DNA from: Desulfatiglandales bacterium
Lineage (GTDB): Bacteria; Desulfobacterota; DSM-4660; Desulfatiglandales; HGW-15
Direction of reading: 5' to 3'
DNA length: 64,000 nt
Assembly (NCBI GenBank): GCA_963667015.2
Contig: CAXXJJ010000001.1
Location: 736,001-800,000, forward strand
Part shown: piece after piece, positions 9,754 to 20,430 of the stretch
Position numbering within the stretch: position 1 is the stretch's first letter
How the letters are laid out: the number at the start of each line of letters is the position of its first letter
Notes under the pieces: generated by a model
Told to the model about the DNA's origin: nothing
The model's database searches: none
Seen by the model: the letters and a program-made list of their open reading frames with translations, nothing else
Position numbers and translations under genes: made by a program

Positions 9754-10629
9754 ATGAATCTGCTATCCTTAAATAAAAACAGTCTGGCAGCCGGGGGAAT
9801 ATTAGTATCCCTTCTCCTTTTCGGTGCTTCATGTGCAACCGATCAGGAATATATAAAATATACGACAGATCAGATTAACGCCCTCCAGAAGGCAACTGCC
9901 GAGTTAAAGGAATCTACCGGTGCCAGTATTGATACTGTAAATTCAAGCCAGGCAGCGATTATGGTGGAGATCGAGACGCTTAAAAGTGACCTAAGGGAGC
10001 TGGCCGGAAGGGTAGAGGATAACGAACATCTGATAAAATATAACCTTGAAAAGGAGCTCGGTGAAAAGGGTGATGCTAAGGCAGATCTAAATGTGATTGC
10101 TGAAAAGGTTGAACGCCTTGAGAAGGTGGTTAACTATCAGCAGCAGTATCTGAACCTTGAGCCCTTTGAGTATATTAATAAAGATACTGGCGAGGTAACA
10201 CCTTCCCCGCAGGGAAATGCAACCACCCTGAATACAGTCAACGGTGTTGAAAAGCAATCGGATGTTCTCCTTTATGAGTCCAGTCTCGACTTGTTTAATG
10301 ACGAAAAATATGATCAGGCCTTAAACAGTTTTAAGTCATTCCTTGGTACCTATCCAAAATCTGATCTTGCAGATAATGCGCAGTTCTGGATCGGTGAATG
10401 CTATATGGGGCTCAAGCAATATGAGCATGCAATCCTCGAATTCGATAAAGTTATCAAGAACTATCCCAATGAAAATAAGGTCCCTAATGCCATGTACCGC
10501 CAGGCAATTGCATGGCTGAAAACCGATAATCCGGCTGTCGCCAAGAATGTCTTAGAAAATCTTATTAAAACCTATCCTAAATCACCTGAGGCAGCAGATG
10601 CAGAAAAAAAGCTGGCTGCAATGAAGTGA
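9754..10629 (+). CDS. cpoB: Tol-Pal protein CpoB (YbgF)
   Basis: Lipoprotein signal, coiled coil, TPR (YPKSDLADNAQFWIGECY); follows pal. Confidence 0.88.
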   Translation: MNLLSLNKNSLAAGGILVSLLLFGASCATDQEYIKYTTDQINALQKATAELKESTGASIDTVNSSQAAIMVEIETLKSDLRELAGRVEDNEHLIKYNLEKELGEKGDAKADLNVIAEKVERLEKVVNYQQQYLNLEPFEYINKDTGEVTPSPQGNATTLNTVNGVEKQSDVLLYESSLDLFNDEKYDQALNSFKSFLGTYPKSDLADNAQFWIGECYMGLKQYEHAILEFDKVIKNYPNENKVPNAMYRQAIAWLKTDNPAVAKNVLENLIKTYPKSPEAADAEKKLAAMK

Positions 10630-11008
10630 TTCCTTCCCAATCATCGATTCTTTGCCGGTTATTTAAGGATTGGCCATATCAAGATGTAAAATATACCATT
10701 TTGCTTCAACAAATTTTTTATTAGACTGTAAATTATAATCATTTCCATAAGATATAGCCTTTAATTGAGGTTTGGACAGGCATTTTTCCTTTATAATTAT
10801 TAAATTTATAATATTATTTATATAATTATCATTAATTATACAGAAACTAATGTATAACATAAAAGACAAATAAAATATATGAATATAGGATAACTATACC
10901 CACTGTTGACCATTTATTGTATTGACTTTCCAGCTTTGAGGTATTATAAGTAATAATACGGATTTTTCGATTATTTTATTAATCTATATCATAAAGAGGG
11001 AGTTTACC

Positions 11009-11188
11009 ATGCCACAGATAATGACAACAAAAGAATTAGCAAAATATCTTAAGCTGCACGAGATTACCATATGCAAATATGCTGCAGAAGATAAGATACC
11101 TGCTATTAGAATAGGCCGCGTATGGCGATTTGATAAGAATGCAATTGATGAATGGATAGCCAGTGGTGGTAAAAAGAAGATCGACTAG
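11009..11188 (+). CDS. 59-aa excisionase-type helix-turn-helix DNA-binding protein (HTH_17)
   Basis: Below the ORF-track cut-off. MPQIMTTKELAKYLKLHEITICKYAAEDKIPAIRIGRVWRFDKNAIDEWI...; RBS GAGGGAG. Confidence 0.9.
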   Translation: MPQIMTTKELAKYLKLHEITICKYAAEDKIPAIRIGRVWRFDKNAIDEWIASGGKKKID

Positions 11189-11421
11189 CGCTATGAAGAA
11201 ACAATTAAGGTTTGTCCGTCTGACAATAATTAAGAAAGCAGCACACATTAGTAATGCAGGATAAAAAGGAAACTTAACCGGAAAAATAAGTAATGCCGGT
11301 TAAAGGTTCTGAAGAAACTTGAGATTCAATATCAGGAGAGACATTAAAAGTCTGCTTAAGGCAACGGGGGGGAATTAAGCCGGCTTAAATATAAAAACAA
11401 CAAATTTCAATTTTATTTAGT

Positions 11422-12591
11422 TCAATATAAAAGATATGGCCTGCGCAGTTCATTAAAATGTTTATACTCTGAAAGCCATATTTTCATTATCTCAAGCATC
11501 CCCTCCCCCTCCTGAATCGCCTTCCTTAAATCAGAATTACCCAGAATAAGATCTATCGGTAATTTTTCATATTCGTATTCATATGGCGGGTTTTTCCATT
11601 CAAAGTCTTCTTTATGGATATCTATAACAGTTTTTAAAAGGGCAATTGCTGTATCGAATGATCTGAAGGTGTGTTTGTCCAGGATATGAATCATAAATCC
11701 CTTGCAAATTTTATCCTGCCATTTATTGAATGTCGGCCGAAAGGATACCTCCCTAAGAAAACACCCTGCCAGGAATTCCTTTGGAATGTTTTTCAGTATG
11801 CGTTCTGTATCAAGATAAGGGGCTCCGAATATTTCAAAGGGACGGCATGTTCCTCTGCCTTCGGACAGGTTTGTGCCCTCCCATATCACCTGTCCGGGAT
11901 AGACAAAGGCGGTTTCTGGAACAGGCATGTTCGGTGAAGGGATGGCCCAGGGAAGACCTGTTTCTTCCCAGAGCATTGATCTTCTCCATCCTTCCATTTT
12001 TATTATCTCCAGTTCACAATTGATTGATAGTTCCTTGTTGAACAGGAGTGCAAGTTCGCCCATGGTCAGGCCGTGTCTCATGGGGATTTTCCATGGCCCT
12101 ACAAAGGAGTACAGTTCCGGAACAAGCAGGTTACCTTCCATCACATCTCCTCCAACAGGATTTGGCCTGTCAAGAATAACGACTTTTTTCCCGTAATTAG
12201 CCGCAGCCTTCATGCAGTTGAGCATGGTTGATGCAAAGGTATATACTCGGGTCCCCACATCCTGCATGTCTATCATGAGGACATCAATCAGGTCCATCAT
12301 CTCAGGAGCGGGTTCTCTCAGTTCACTGTAGAGGCTGAATACAGGGACACGCAGGTGATTATCTGCCGAATGTCCTGTTTCAATCATATTATCCTGGTCT
12401 TCACCGGCATAGCCGTGTTGAGGGCCAAACAGGGCCTTCAGGTCACCCGGACATAGGCTTGATATAACAGTACCTGCATGAATTAAATCACGTGATACTG
12501 ATGCTTGATTTGAAAGAAGACCTAGGCGGCATCCCCTGTATTTTTTATGGTGCTTTAGCTTAAATAGATCCAGGCCTGATAATACGGGCAT
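11422..12591 (-). CDS. DUF1343 / exo-beta-N-acetylmuramidase NamZ family
   Basis: GLLSNQAS, LFGPQHG, DMQDVGTRVYTF, LDRPNP, RHGLTMGELA, PSPNMP, EGTNLSEGRGT. Confidence 0.9.
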   Translation of the reverse strand: MPVLSGLDLFKLKHHKKYRGCRLGLLSNQASVSRDLIHAGTVISSLCPGDLKALFGPQHGYAGEDQDNMIETGHSADNHLRVPVFSLYSELREPAPEMMDLIDVLMIDMQDVGTRVYTFASTMLNCMKAAANYGKKVVILDRPNPVGGDVMEGNLLVPELYSFVGPWKIPMRHGLTMGELALLFNKELSINCELEIIKMEGWRRSMLWEETGLPWAIPSPNMPVPETAFVYPGQVIWEGTNLSEGRGTCRPFEIFGAPYLDTERILKNIPKEFLAGCFLREVSFRPTFNKWQDKICKGFMIHILDKHTFRSFDTAIALLKTVIDIHKEDFEWKNPPYEYEYEKLPIDLILGNSDLRKAIQEGEGMLEIMKIWLSEYKHFNELRRPYLLY

Positions 12592-12700
12592 TATTTATAT
12601 CCCTTTAATGTGATTAGTAATCAATCCTCGGAAGTATACGATTAAGCAAGATGCTTATAAGCTTTTATTCCCGCAGCGTCTGGTATATAGACTGGAAAAT

Positions 12701-14509
12701 CTACTGTGGGATTACCTTCACTTCCTGCCCTGGAAAGATTGTGCTGTTAGCTGTAAGGTTATTCAATTTTAGAAAGTCGTAGAGATTCATACTGTGTCTT
12801 TTAGCAATCAGGTATGGGGAATCCCCGCTCTTTACAGTATAACTGTGGCCATCCCCTGTACTGGTCTGAGTTACACCGCTGGATATCACGAGTTTCTGTC
12901 CAATCTTAAGCCAGTTACTCTGAAGACCGTTGATTGCCTTTATTGATTGGACTGTAGTGTTAAAACTATCGGCTATCTTCCAAAGGGAGTCGCCTTTCCG
13001 GACAATATATTCAATCTTTTCTCCGGATGACACAGTAAGGGCAGGTGCAGATGTATATTTACCCGTAGGTATTTTAAGTTTCCAGCCGGCTCTCAGGAAA
13101 TTTCTGCTCTTGAGCCCGTTCATGTTCATGATCGATTTTATAGAGGTGTTATACTTTTCGGCGATAACAGATAAAGATTCGCCACTTCGTACTCTATGGG
13201 TAACGTATGCCGGCACAGGGGGAACATATACAGGAATATCATTTAATTTAGCTATCAGGATTTCGCCTTTTCCCTCCGGGACCTTTAGTTCATATGTTGT
13301 ATTTGGTGTTACGTTCTGACGCAGTTCGGAGTTCAGTTCCTTTAAACGGTCATACTCAATATCCATTTCCTTTGAGAGGGTCTTTAATAGCATTTGTTTG
13401 TTTATATTGACTTTTTCATATTTGAGTTCTTCTTCCAGAGGTGGAAGCTCAATTCCATATGCAGCAGGATCATTAAGGATATACTGGACAGCCATAAATT
13501 TGGGCACATAAAAGGCAGTTTCTCTGGGCAGTTTTTCATAAAGGTCCCAGAAGTTGTCCATATAACTTATTTTCTGCTGGCGGATTACCCTTAAAACTCT
13601 TGCTTCGCCGCAGTTATATGCAGCCAGTGCGGTTGTCCATTCACCGAAAATCTGATGCAGCTCTTTCAGGTATGCGATAGCGGCATTTGTGGATTTTTCA
13701 GCGTCCATCCTTTCATCTATCCAGTTATCCCTTTCCAGGCCGTATTTGTAACCTGTAGATGCAATAAACTGCCACATTCCAAGGGCACGTGCGCTTGAGT
13801 AGGCTCCCGTGCTGAATCCGCTTTCTATGAAGGGAAGCCATGATAATTCCTCCGGCAGGCCAGCCTCTTTAAGCTTTCTCACAATTGCCGGTCTGTATTT
13901 ACCTGACCTGGCATAAACCTTGAGAAACCATTTTTTTTCCTTTCCCTTGAAAAGGTTAATGGCCTTCTGCACATGGCTGTTAATTTCTGAGGGCAGAGGA
14001 ATTGCCTTATGAAAGCCATTGGCAGTCGTATATCGTGATGAATATACCTCAAGTGTCTTTTTTGCAATTGCAATACGCACGTCTTCAAGCTGCTGGATGA
14101 TTTCGGGACCGGTATTATTGTTAATATCCAATGCAAAGGAATATGCTCTATCGAGGCAGACGATTGCATTGTCCAGGTCTCCCTGTTCCCAGTAGGTATT
14201 TGATGTCTGCAAAAGTTCGAGGGCGCTGTCAATGAGCTCCTGATCGCTAGGTTTGTCTTCCTGAATCTTTTGTGTGACAGCAGTTGAATTCCCGGCCTCT
14301 TCAGGCATTTTCTCTATTACTTCGGCAATATTATTTCCCTCGTTTTTCTCCGAAGCCGATGTTTCTGCGGCCGGATCGGGTGTTTGTTCTTCTTGAACTA
14401 CCGGGCTTTCAAGTGTTAAAGGGGTGTTTTTATCAGTTGTTGTGCATCCTGCAAGAGAGAAAACAACAATAAGCAGGAGGTGGGCTGGGGTTTTGCGACT
14501 AAAAAACAT
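12701..14509 (-). CDS. MltD-like lytic transglycosylase lipoprotein with three LysM domains
   Basis: LAGC lipobox; IESGF...GMWQF...ALAAYNCGE...ETAFYVP; three LysM repeats (HRVRSGESL, YIVRKGDSL, YTVKSGDS). Confidence 0.9.
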   Translation of the reverse strand: MFFSRKTPAHLLLIVVFSLAGCTTTDKNTPLTLESPVVQEEQTPDPAAETSASEKNEGNNIAEVIEKMPEEAGNSTAVTQKIQEDKPSDQELIDSALELLQTSNTYWEQGDLDNAIVCLDRAYSFALDINNNTGPEIIQQLEDVRIAIAKKTLEVYSSRYTTANGFHKAIPLPSEINSHVQKAINLFKGKEKKWFLKVYARSGKYRPAIVRKLKEAGLPEELSWLPFIESGFSTGAYSSARALGMWQFIASTGYKYGLERDNWIDERMDAEKSTNAAIAYLKELHQIFGEWTTALAAYNCGEARVLRVIRQQKISYMDNFWDLYEKLPRETAFYVPKFMAVQYILNDPAAYGIELPPLEEELKYEKVNINKQMLLKTLSKEMDIEYDRLKELNSELRQNVTPNTTYELKVPEGKGEILIAKLNDIPVYVPPVPAYVTHRVRSGESLSVIAEKYNTSIKSIMNMNGLKSRNFLRAGWKLKIPTGKYTSAPALTVSSGEKIEYIVRKGDSLWKIADSFNTTVQSIKAINGLQSNWLKIGQKLVISSGVTQTSTGDGHSYTVKSGDSPYLIAKRHSMNLYDFLKLNNLTANSTIFPGQEVKVIPQ

Positions 14510-14794
14510 TTTTTATTTCCTTTCAGACTCAGACCATTGTAACAATCTCTTACTGTTACCAGAAATTATTCAGTGATATATGAGGCAGATGAGATAGCTA
14601 CAAGTACATTATCGGTCCGTTGTTATTGAGTCTTGAGCAAATTATACTGTTAATATTTTCCGGTAGTGTTGGGGAAGTATAAAAAAACCTTAATGATTGG
14701 TCAATAGAATATGAGGGCTGCCGGCTGATCAGGGTTGATTATTCAAATATGAACAGGTATTATTCCATTACTGTTCAACGTAACAGGGACAGCA

Positions 14795-15565
14795 ATGATT
14801 TTAAAAGGAGAGATATATCCCGTATCGTCTAATAAGATGTCAAAGCTTGAACTCGTAAAACAGGGTAATTCTGGCATTAAAAAGAAAAAATGCCTTGCCT
14901 GCGGAAAACCGGACCTCGATGCAAGAAGAAGATACTGCTCAACCGAATGCCGAAAGCAGATCATGTGGGTCCTTTCCCTTTCAAACGGGCTTTTAAGTAC
15001 TTTCAATGCACGGTATGCCTCATTTTCCTTTAACAGGAGTTATGTAATCCTCGATATTTTACCTGTTTACTCAAAGGAGATCTCCAGGTTTACCCATAAG
15101 AGAACAACCGGAAAAAAGCCTGCTGATGACCTTAAAAAACTTATACTCGACTCCGGCAGTGAGTGGTACTCGATAATCAGTAATAAAAACTCAAGGAGCT
15201 ATGCAAGTCTTTCGCTCCTTAAGAAAAATTGCAACAGTGCTTTGCCCGCAAAGGCAATCAGGCCCGACAGCAAAAAAAAACCCCGTTTTTCAAAGGCAGA
15301 AAGAGAATCAATAAAATGTCTTAAACTGAAACTGGAGGAGCTTATCTCCGAGGAAAAGGCCTCCAGGATAAAATCGGCCTATAAAAAGATGGCAAGGATA
15401 CATCACCCGGATGTGGGCGGTGATGCTGAAGAATTCAGAAGGGTAAAGGATGCCCATGAGCAGATGCTCATGTGGGCACAAAACCCGCAGTTTACCTCCA
15501 GGAAGGCCCTGGCAGACTGCTGGTCCTATGATGCCTCTACCAACAGGTGGGCACCTCCTCTATAA
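14795..15565 (+). CDS. Protein with N-terminal Cys-rich finger and C-terminal J-domain
   Basis: CLACG...YCSTEC; IKSAYKKMARIHHPDVGGDAEEF (HPD); start may be 14837. Confidence 0.75.
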   Translation: MILKGEIYPVSSNKMSKLELVKQGNSGIKKKKCLACGKPDLDARRRYCSTECRKQIMWVLSLSNGLLSTFNARYASFSFNRSYVILDILPVYSKEISRFTHKRTTGKKPADDLKKLILDSGSEWYSIISNKNSRSYASLSLLKKNCNSALPAKAIRPDSKKKPRFSKAERESIKCLKLKLEELISEEKASRIKSAYKKMARIHHPDVGGDAEEFRRVKDAHEQMLMWAQNPQFTSRKALADCWSYDASTNRWAPPL

Positions 15566-15577
15566 AAAGGTTAATGT

Positions 15578-16639
15578 ATGCCTGCTGATATCTCTGTAAA
15601 AGAAGTCCTGAAAAGCAATAATGTTAAAGCCTCTGCTCCATGCAGAATAGACGCAGGCGGAACCTGGGATATAAAGGCAATGTCTCTTCCCTTTGAGAGA
15701 TACAGGCCATCTACCTTCAATATAGCCCTGAGCCTCAGGACAACAGTTGCTCTTTTACCCTACAGGGATGGTATGGTGAGGATAACATCAGAGGGATTTC
15801 CTGACGGGGTAAGCTGTAATGCCAGGAATATGAACCTTTCAGGTCCATTTGCCATTTTTTTTGCGGCGGTCAATTATTTTGGATTCACGGGACTTGAGAT
15901 AAAAATTCATTCCCAATCACCTGTCAAGTCAGCCCTTGGCGGTTCAAGTACCGCACTGGTGGCGCTTTTGAAGGCACTGGCAAAGCTCAGTGAGCAGATA
16001 TCCGGCAAACGGCAATTATCAAAAAAAGATATCCTTTATCTGGGTTATCACCTGGAAGACGGGATAAGTGGTGGTAATTGCGGCATGCAGGACCAGGCTG
16101 CAGCTGTCTATGGCGGTGTGAATGGATGGTTATGGAATTACAGTAAAAGGGAGATGCCGGTTAAAAGAGAAAAACTGCTTGATAATAAGGGTATGAGTCA
16201 ACTTTCAAAGAAAATCCTGGTCGCATACAGCGGGAAGTGGCATGTTTCTGCCAGTACCAACAGGGCATGGTTAAAAAATTTTCTTGAAGGCAGGACAAGG
16301 AGCGGCTGGATGGAGGCAAATAATGTTGTGCGGGAACTTATAAAATCGGTTAAGGCAATGGCGTGGCCGGAATCAGTAAGGTGTATAAAGGAAGAAATGA
16401 AAATCAGGCGCAGGATTACACCGGACGCATTGATACCAGAAACGTCGAGACTTATTAAGGATGCTGAAATAACAGGGTGCGGGGCACGATTTGCAGGGGC
16501 CGGGGCTGGAGGGTCTGTCTGGGCTCTTGGTGAAGCTGATGATATTAACCGGCTAAAAACCAGATGGAATAAAAATCTTTCAAGGATAAAAGGTGCGTAT
16601 ATACTTCAATGTACTGTCGATCCAAAAGGGGTATTATAA
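15578..16639 (+). CDS. GHMP-family sugar kinase
   Basis: ASAPCRIDAGGTWD, PVKSALGGSS, GMQDQAAAVYGG, GARFAGAGAGG. Confidence 0.85.
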   Translation: MPADISVKEVLKSNNVKASAPCRIDAGGTWDIKAMSLPFERYRPSTFNIALSLRTTVALLPYRDGMVRITSEGFPDGVSCNARNMNLSGPFAIFFAAVNYFGFTGLEIKIHSQSPVKSALGGSSTALVALLKALAKLSEQISGKRQLSKKDILYLGYHLEDGISGGNCGMQDQAAAVYGGVNGWLWNYSKREMPVKREKLLDNKGMSQLSKKILVAYSGKWHVSASTNRAWLKNFLEGRTRSGWMEANNVVRELIKSVKAMAWPESVRCIKEEMKIRRRITPDALIPETSRLIKDAEITGCGARFAGAGAGGSVWALGEADDINRLKTRWNKNLSRIKGAYILQCTVDPKGVL

Positions 16640-16724
16640 CCTGACCTCAAGCCATTTTTAAAACCGTAAAATCTTTACAGTATAAACATTGTTTTAAAAG
16701 GGCGTTATCGCTTGTTGGCGATTC

Positions 16725-17339
16725 CTACATCTTGCCTTCCTCTTCAAGGATATTTAGAAATACCTTGTAGAACCTCTGATAATCCAGGAGTCCGCGTTTC
16801 AGCAGCATGGAAAAACTTCCAAGATCCCTGGGATTAATCACCATGTTGGCACTTAATGCATAAGCCATCATCTCGTCCATTGTCTTAAACCTGTCTCCTA
16901 TCAATGTAACAAAGATTCTTCTTCTGCTGGACATGGACATGTGATTTAGATAATTCATAATAGGCCCGCCAAAGATCTCCTGTCCGTCAAAGCCATCAGC
17001 AAGTACCATCAGATCAAAATGGTTAAATCTTAATTTTTGGAGTGTGTCTCTTGTGTTCGGAGAAGTGACAAATCTATAACCCTTTTCTTCAACGGCCTCC
17101 CTGACTTTGTTGCATATACTGTCATCAGCCATTACAAGGGCAAGTTTTGATTCATCATAATATTCGAGAGAATCATCGTCCGTTTGAGCTTCTGCACGCG
17201 TTACATTGTCGATATTCTGCGGTTCAATAGTGATCTTGTTTTTACACCTTGGGCAGTTGATCCTGACTGTCTGATCCATCGGAACCTTGTCGTCAGGTAT
17301 GTTTAATTTTGTATTGCAACCGGAGCAGGTTACTTCCAT
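16725..17339 (-). CDS. Zinc-ribbon (MJ0042-type) + receiver-like domain protein
   Basis: MEVTCSGC...INCPRC followed by alpha/beta domain; directly downstream of the pilT genes. Confidence 0.7.
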   Translation of the reverse strand: MEVTCSGCNTKLNIPDDKVPMDQTVRINCPRCKNKITIEPQNIDNVTRAEAQTDDDSLEYYDESKLALVMADDSICNKVREAVEEKGYRFVTSPNTRDTLQKLRFNHFDLMVLADGFDGQEIFGGPIMNYLNHMSMSSRRRIFVTLIGDRFKTMDEMMAYALSANMVINPRDLGSFSMLLKRGLLDYQRFYKVFLNILEEEGKM

Positions 17340-17362
17340 CTCAGCCTCCTGAATGCTATTTT

Positions 17363-18532
17363 CTAATGTTTTTTATGACCATATTGTTCATCAATCTTAA
17401 GACCTTCAATCTCTGTTGTCTTCTCACCCCGTTCCGATTTTACCGTATCAATCATCCTGCCGACTATGCCCTTTCTTGATGCATAGCTCATGGCAGTATC
17501 CTCAGAGATTTTTCCTGCCTTGTAAAGATCAACTATACACTGGTCAAATGTCATCATTCCAAAGGGGCGGTTTCCTTCAATTATTTCGTAAAAGGTCTTG
17601 CCCTCTGATTCCCCGTTTAAAATCGTATCCTTTACCCTCAGGTTGGAACCCATTATTTCATGGGCAGCCTGACGGCCTCCGCCTACCTTTGGAAGAAGTC
17701 TCTGACATACAATCCAGCGTACAGTATCAGAGAGTCTTACCCTGATCTGTTTTTCCTCTTCCTGTTCAAACATGCCGACAATCCTGTTTATTGTCTGCCC
17801 GGCATCAACGGTATGAAGTGTGGTCAGGACAAGATGGCCTGTTTCAGCGGCAGCCAGACCAATCTCAACGGTCTCTCTGTCCCTCATCTCGCCGACAAGG
17901 ATGACTTTTGGCGCCTGCCTGAGAGCGGCCCTCAGGCCTGAAGAAAAGGAATCAAAATCATGTCCCATTTCTCTCTGGTTAAAGGTTGCCTTTTTCTGTG
18001 AATGTACAAATTCAACGGGGTCTTCAAGTGTTACGACATGCACTGACTGGGATTCATTGATCTCGTTTAATACTGCTGCCAGGGATGTTGATTTACCGCT
18101 GCCTGTTGCGCCCGTAACAAGGATTATCCCGTTTCGCTCCTTTGGCATTTTTTTAAATGCCAAAGGAAGTCCCAGTTCTTCTACAGTCGGTATCCTTGTG
18201 GCAAGCTGCCTCATTACTGTAGAGTATAATCCTTTTTGAGAAAATATATTCACCCTGAAACGCGCCTTTCCTGCAAGCTGGTAGGATGTGTCACATGAGC
18301 CCTCCCGGATCAGGGTTTTTGTCAAACGTCTATCGGAGTTAATGATGTTAAGGGCAAGTATCTCTGCCTGAAACGGGGTCAGTGCCTCTACAGGAGGATT
18401 AAGGTTTACCCGCTTCAATACCCCGTCTGATTCTACCTGAAATGGTTTTTCCACTGTCATCAGAAGGTCCGATACGTTTTCATGGGACTCAAGCATTGAA
18501 GTTAATATGTTGTCGATCTGCTGTTTTTTCAT
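17363..18532 (-). CDS. PilT/PilU-family type IV pilus retraction ATPase (second paralogue)
   Basis: GATGSGKSTS, TLEDPVE, ALRQAPKVILVGEMRD, AETGHLV. Confidence 0.92.
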   Translation of the reverse strand: MKKQQIDNILTSMLESHENVSDLLMTVEKPFQVESDGVLKRVNLNPPVEALTPFQAEILALNIINSDRRLTKTLIREGSCDTSYQLAGKARFRVNIFSQKGLYSTVMRQLATRIPTVEELGLPLAFKKMPKERNGIILVTGATGSGKSTSLAAVLNEINESQSVHVVTLEDPVEFVHSQKKATFNQREMGHDFDSFSSGLRAALRQAPKVILVGEMRDRETVEIGLAAAETGHLVLTTLHTVDAGQTINRIVGMFEQEEEKQIRVRLSDTVRWIVCQRLLPKVGGGRQAAHEIMGSNLRVKDTILNGESEGKTFYEIIEGNRPFGMMTFDQCIVDLYKAGKISEDTAMSYASRKGIVGRMIDTVKSERGEKTTEIEGLKIDEQYGHKKH

Positions 18533-18586
18533 TTTCTTTAACTCCTCTTATATCCGGTATAAGGCGGCAATAAAAACATATCCTGA

Positions 18587-19669
18587 TCATGCATCGGTAA
18601 AATCGGTTGGCGGATTTTTCAGGTAAGGCCTGAAGGTTTCTTTATTATTACACTTTGCATAGGCATCATCGGGGCTGATACGTTTTGCCGTAAGATGGGC
18701 CATAATAGCATCATCAAGGGTCTGCATGCCGTATTTTTTACCTGTCTGCATGGCTGAAGGTATCTGGAAGGTCTTGGCTTCCCGTATGAGGTTTCTTATG
18801 GCAGGGATAGCGATCATGATTTCGAGCGCGGCGATTCTACCTTTTCTGTCTGACCGCTTAAAAAGATTCTGGGCGATAACAGCCCTTAGTCCATCCGAAA
18901 GCGTGCTCCTTATCTGCTCCTGCTGGTTTGCCGGAAATACCTCAATAACACGGTCAACGGTTTTTGCCGCACTGCTTGTATGCAGGGTCCCAAATACAAG
19001 ATGACCGGTAGAAGCGGCTTCAATGGCAAGGCTGATTGTTTCGAGGTCGCGCATTTCCCCAACGAGTATAATATCCGGGTCCTCTCTCAATGCGCCCCTC
19101 AGGGCCGCGGCAAAGGATCTTGTGTGCAGGCCGACCTCTCTGTGATTTACAACCGCCTCCTTGCTTTTATGAACAAATTCAATAGGATCTTCTACGGTGA
19201 GGATATGATCCTTTCGTGTCCTGTTTGCTTCATCGATTATTGCGGCAAGTGTGGTTGATTTACCGCTTCCGGTAGGTCCGGTAACCAGGACAAGTCCCCT
19301 TGGAAGAGATGCAAGTTTTTGAACAACAGGTGGAAGGCCAAGCTGTTCACAGGTAAGAATTTCTGACGGGATTTCCCTGAATACAGCAGCAATTCCATAT
19401 TTCTGATCAAAAAAGTTTGCCCTGTAACGTGCAAGCCCCGGAATTTCATAGGCAAAATCTATATCTCCTGTTTCTTCAAAGAGTTTGACCTTGTCTTCAG
19501 GGGCTATTTCATAAAGCATTTCCTTCAGAGGGTCATTCTCAAGAATTTTATATTTTATCCTGGTTAATTCGCCATTGATACGGATAACCGGCTGCTGGCC
19601 TGTGACAAGATGAAGGTCGGATGCACCCTGTTCATTCATAAGTTTAAAAAAGGCGTCTATCTGTGCCAT
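18587..19669 (-). CDS. pilT: Type IV pilus retraction ATPase PilT
   Basis: GASDLHL, GPTGSGKSTT, EDPIE, ALREDPDIILVGEMRD, AIRNLIRE, GMQT. Confidence 0.95.
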   Translation of the reverse strand: MAQIDAFFKLMNEQGASDLHLVTGQQPVIRINGELTRIKYKILENDPLKEMLYEIAPEDKVKLFEETGDIDFAYEIPGLARYRANFFDQKYGIAAVFREIPSEILTCEQLGLPPVVQKLASLPRGLVLVTGPTGSGKSTTLAAIIDEANRTRKDHILTVEDPIEFVHKSKEAVVNHREVGLHTRSFAAALRGALREDPDIILVGEMRDLETISLAIEAASTGHLVFGTLHTSSAAKTVDRVIEVFPANQQEQIRSTLSDGLRAVIAQNLFKRSDRKGRIAALEIMIAIPAIRNLIREAKTFQIPSAMQTGKKYGMQTLDDAIMAHLTAKRISPDDAYAKCNNKETFRPYLKNPPTDFTDA

Positions 19670-19872
19670 ACCTTATAATTCCTCCAATAATAAGCGCAGT
19701 ATTATTAAAATAATAAAAAGTAAAAGAAAAACTAACTTTTAAATATACATAAACATGTCACTGCACCGTCAGATTATCAACATTTAAAAGATGACTGTTT
19801 GAATAATATTTGCTTAATTCTATCAATATTAAATTATATTAATTAAATATTTAGTGTTTAGTAAATATCTAT

Positions 19873-20352
19873 CTATATAATTAAAAGTTTTTTTGCCATA
19901 ACACAGGCATCCTGTCCCTCGGGATAGAAATTATTTTTAATCTGCCAGATACTGTATCCTGAATCCGAAAACAGTTTCCGGGCATTTCTATTTTCTACAG
20001 CCGTATGCAGAAACATCGTTGTTATTCCTGTTTCAGATGCCGCCTTCTCGATTCCGGTTAAGAGAAGCTTTCCTACTCCTTTGCCCTGCCAGTCGGTTTC
20101 TATGGCAATTGCCAGTAATTCGCTTGAATTACTCAGATCATACCTGCTGAAGGGTTTACTTACCATGGCAAAGCCGAGCAGCAGGTCTTCACGAAAGGCA
20201 ATTATTGTTATGCTGTTCCCGGACAGATGCCACTTTTGTACTACATCGCCATATTCTCCAAAAGGCTTAAATGCTTTTGAACTCAGATCCCTGATAAAAA
20301 ACGAATCGGTGATCGCAGAATCGCGAATCTGTATTTCAGGGGTATTATTCAT
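19873..20352 (-). CDS. GNAT acetyltransferase (RimI-like)
   Basis: AIETDWQGKGVGKLL, N..A..LF...GY, FYPEGQDACVM. Confidence 0.8.
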   Translation of the reverse strand: MNNTPEIQIRDSAITDSFFIRDLSSKAFKPFGEYGDVVQKWHLSGNSITIIAFREDLLLGFAMVSKPFSRYDLSNSSELLAIAIETDWQGKGVGKLLLTGIEKAASETGITTMFLHTAVENRNARKLFSDSGYSIWQIKNNFYPEGQDACVMAKKLLII

Positions 20353-20430
20353 TCCAATATTTTCCTATTTATGCAATAAATGTACCTTAAATTATCACAA
20401 AATAAATCAATCAGCTTTTCAGGAGAAAAA

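Noticed and set aside
11009..11188. Excisionase marking a prophage or ICE
   Set aside because: No integrase, att repeat or phage genes nearby; stand-alone HTH_17 regulators are common.
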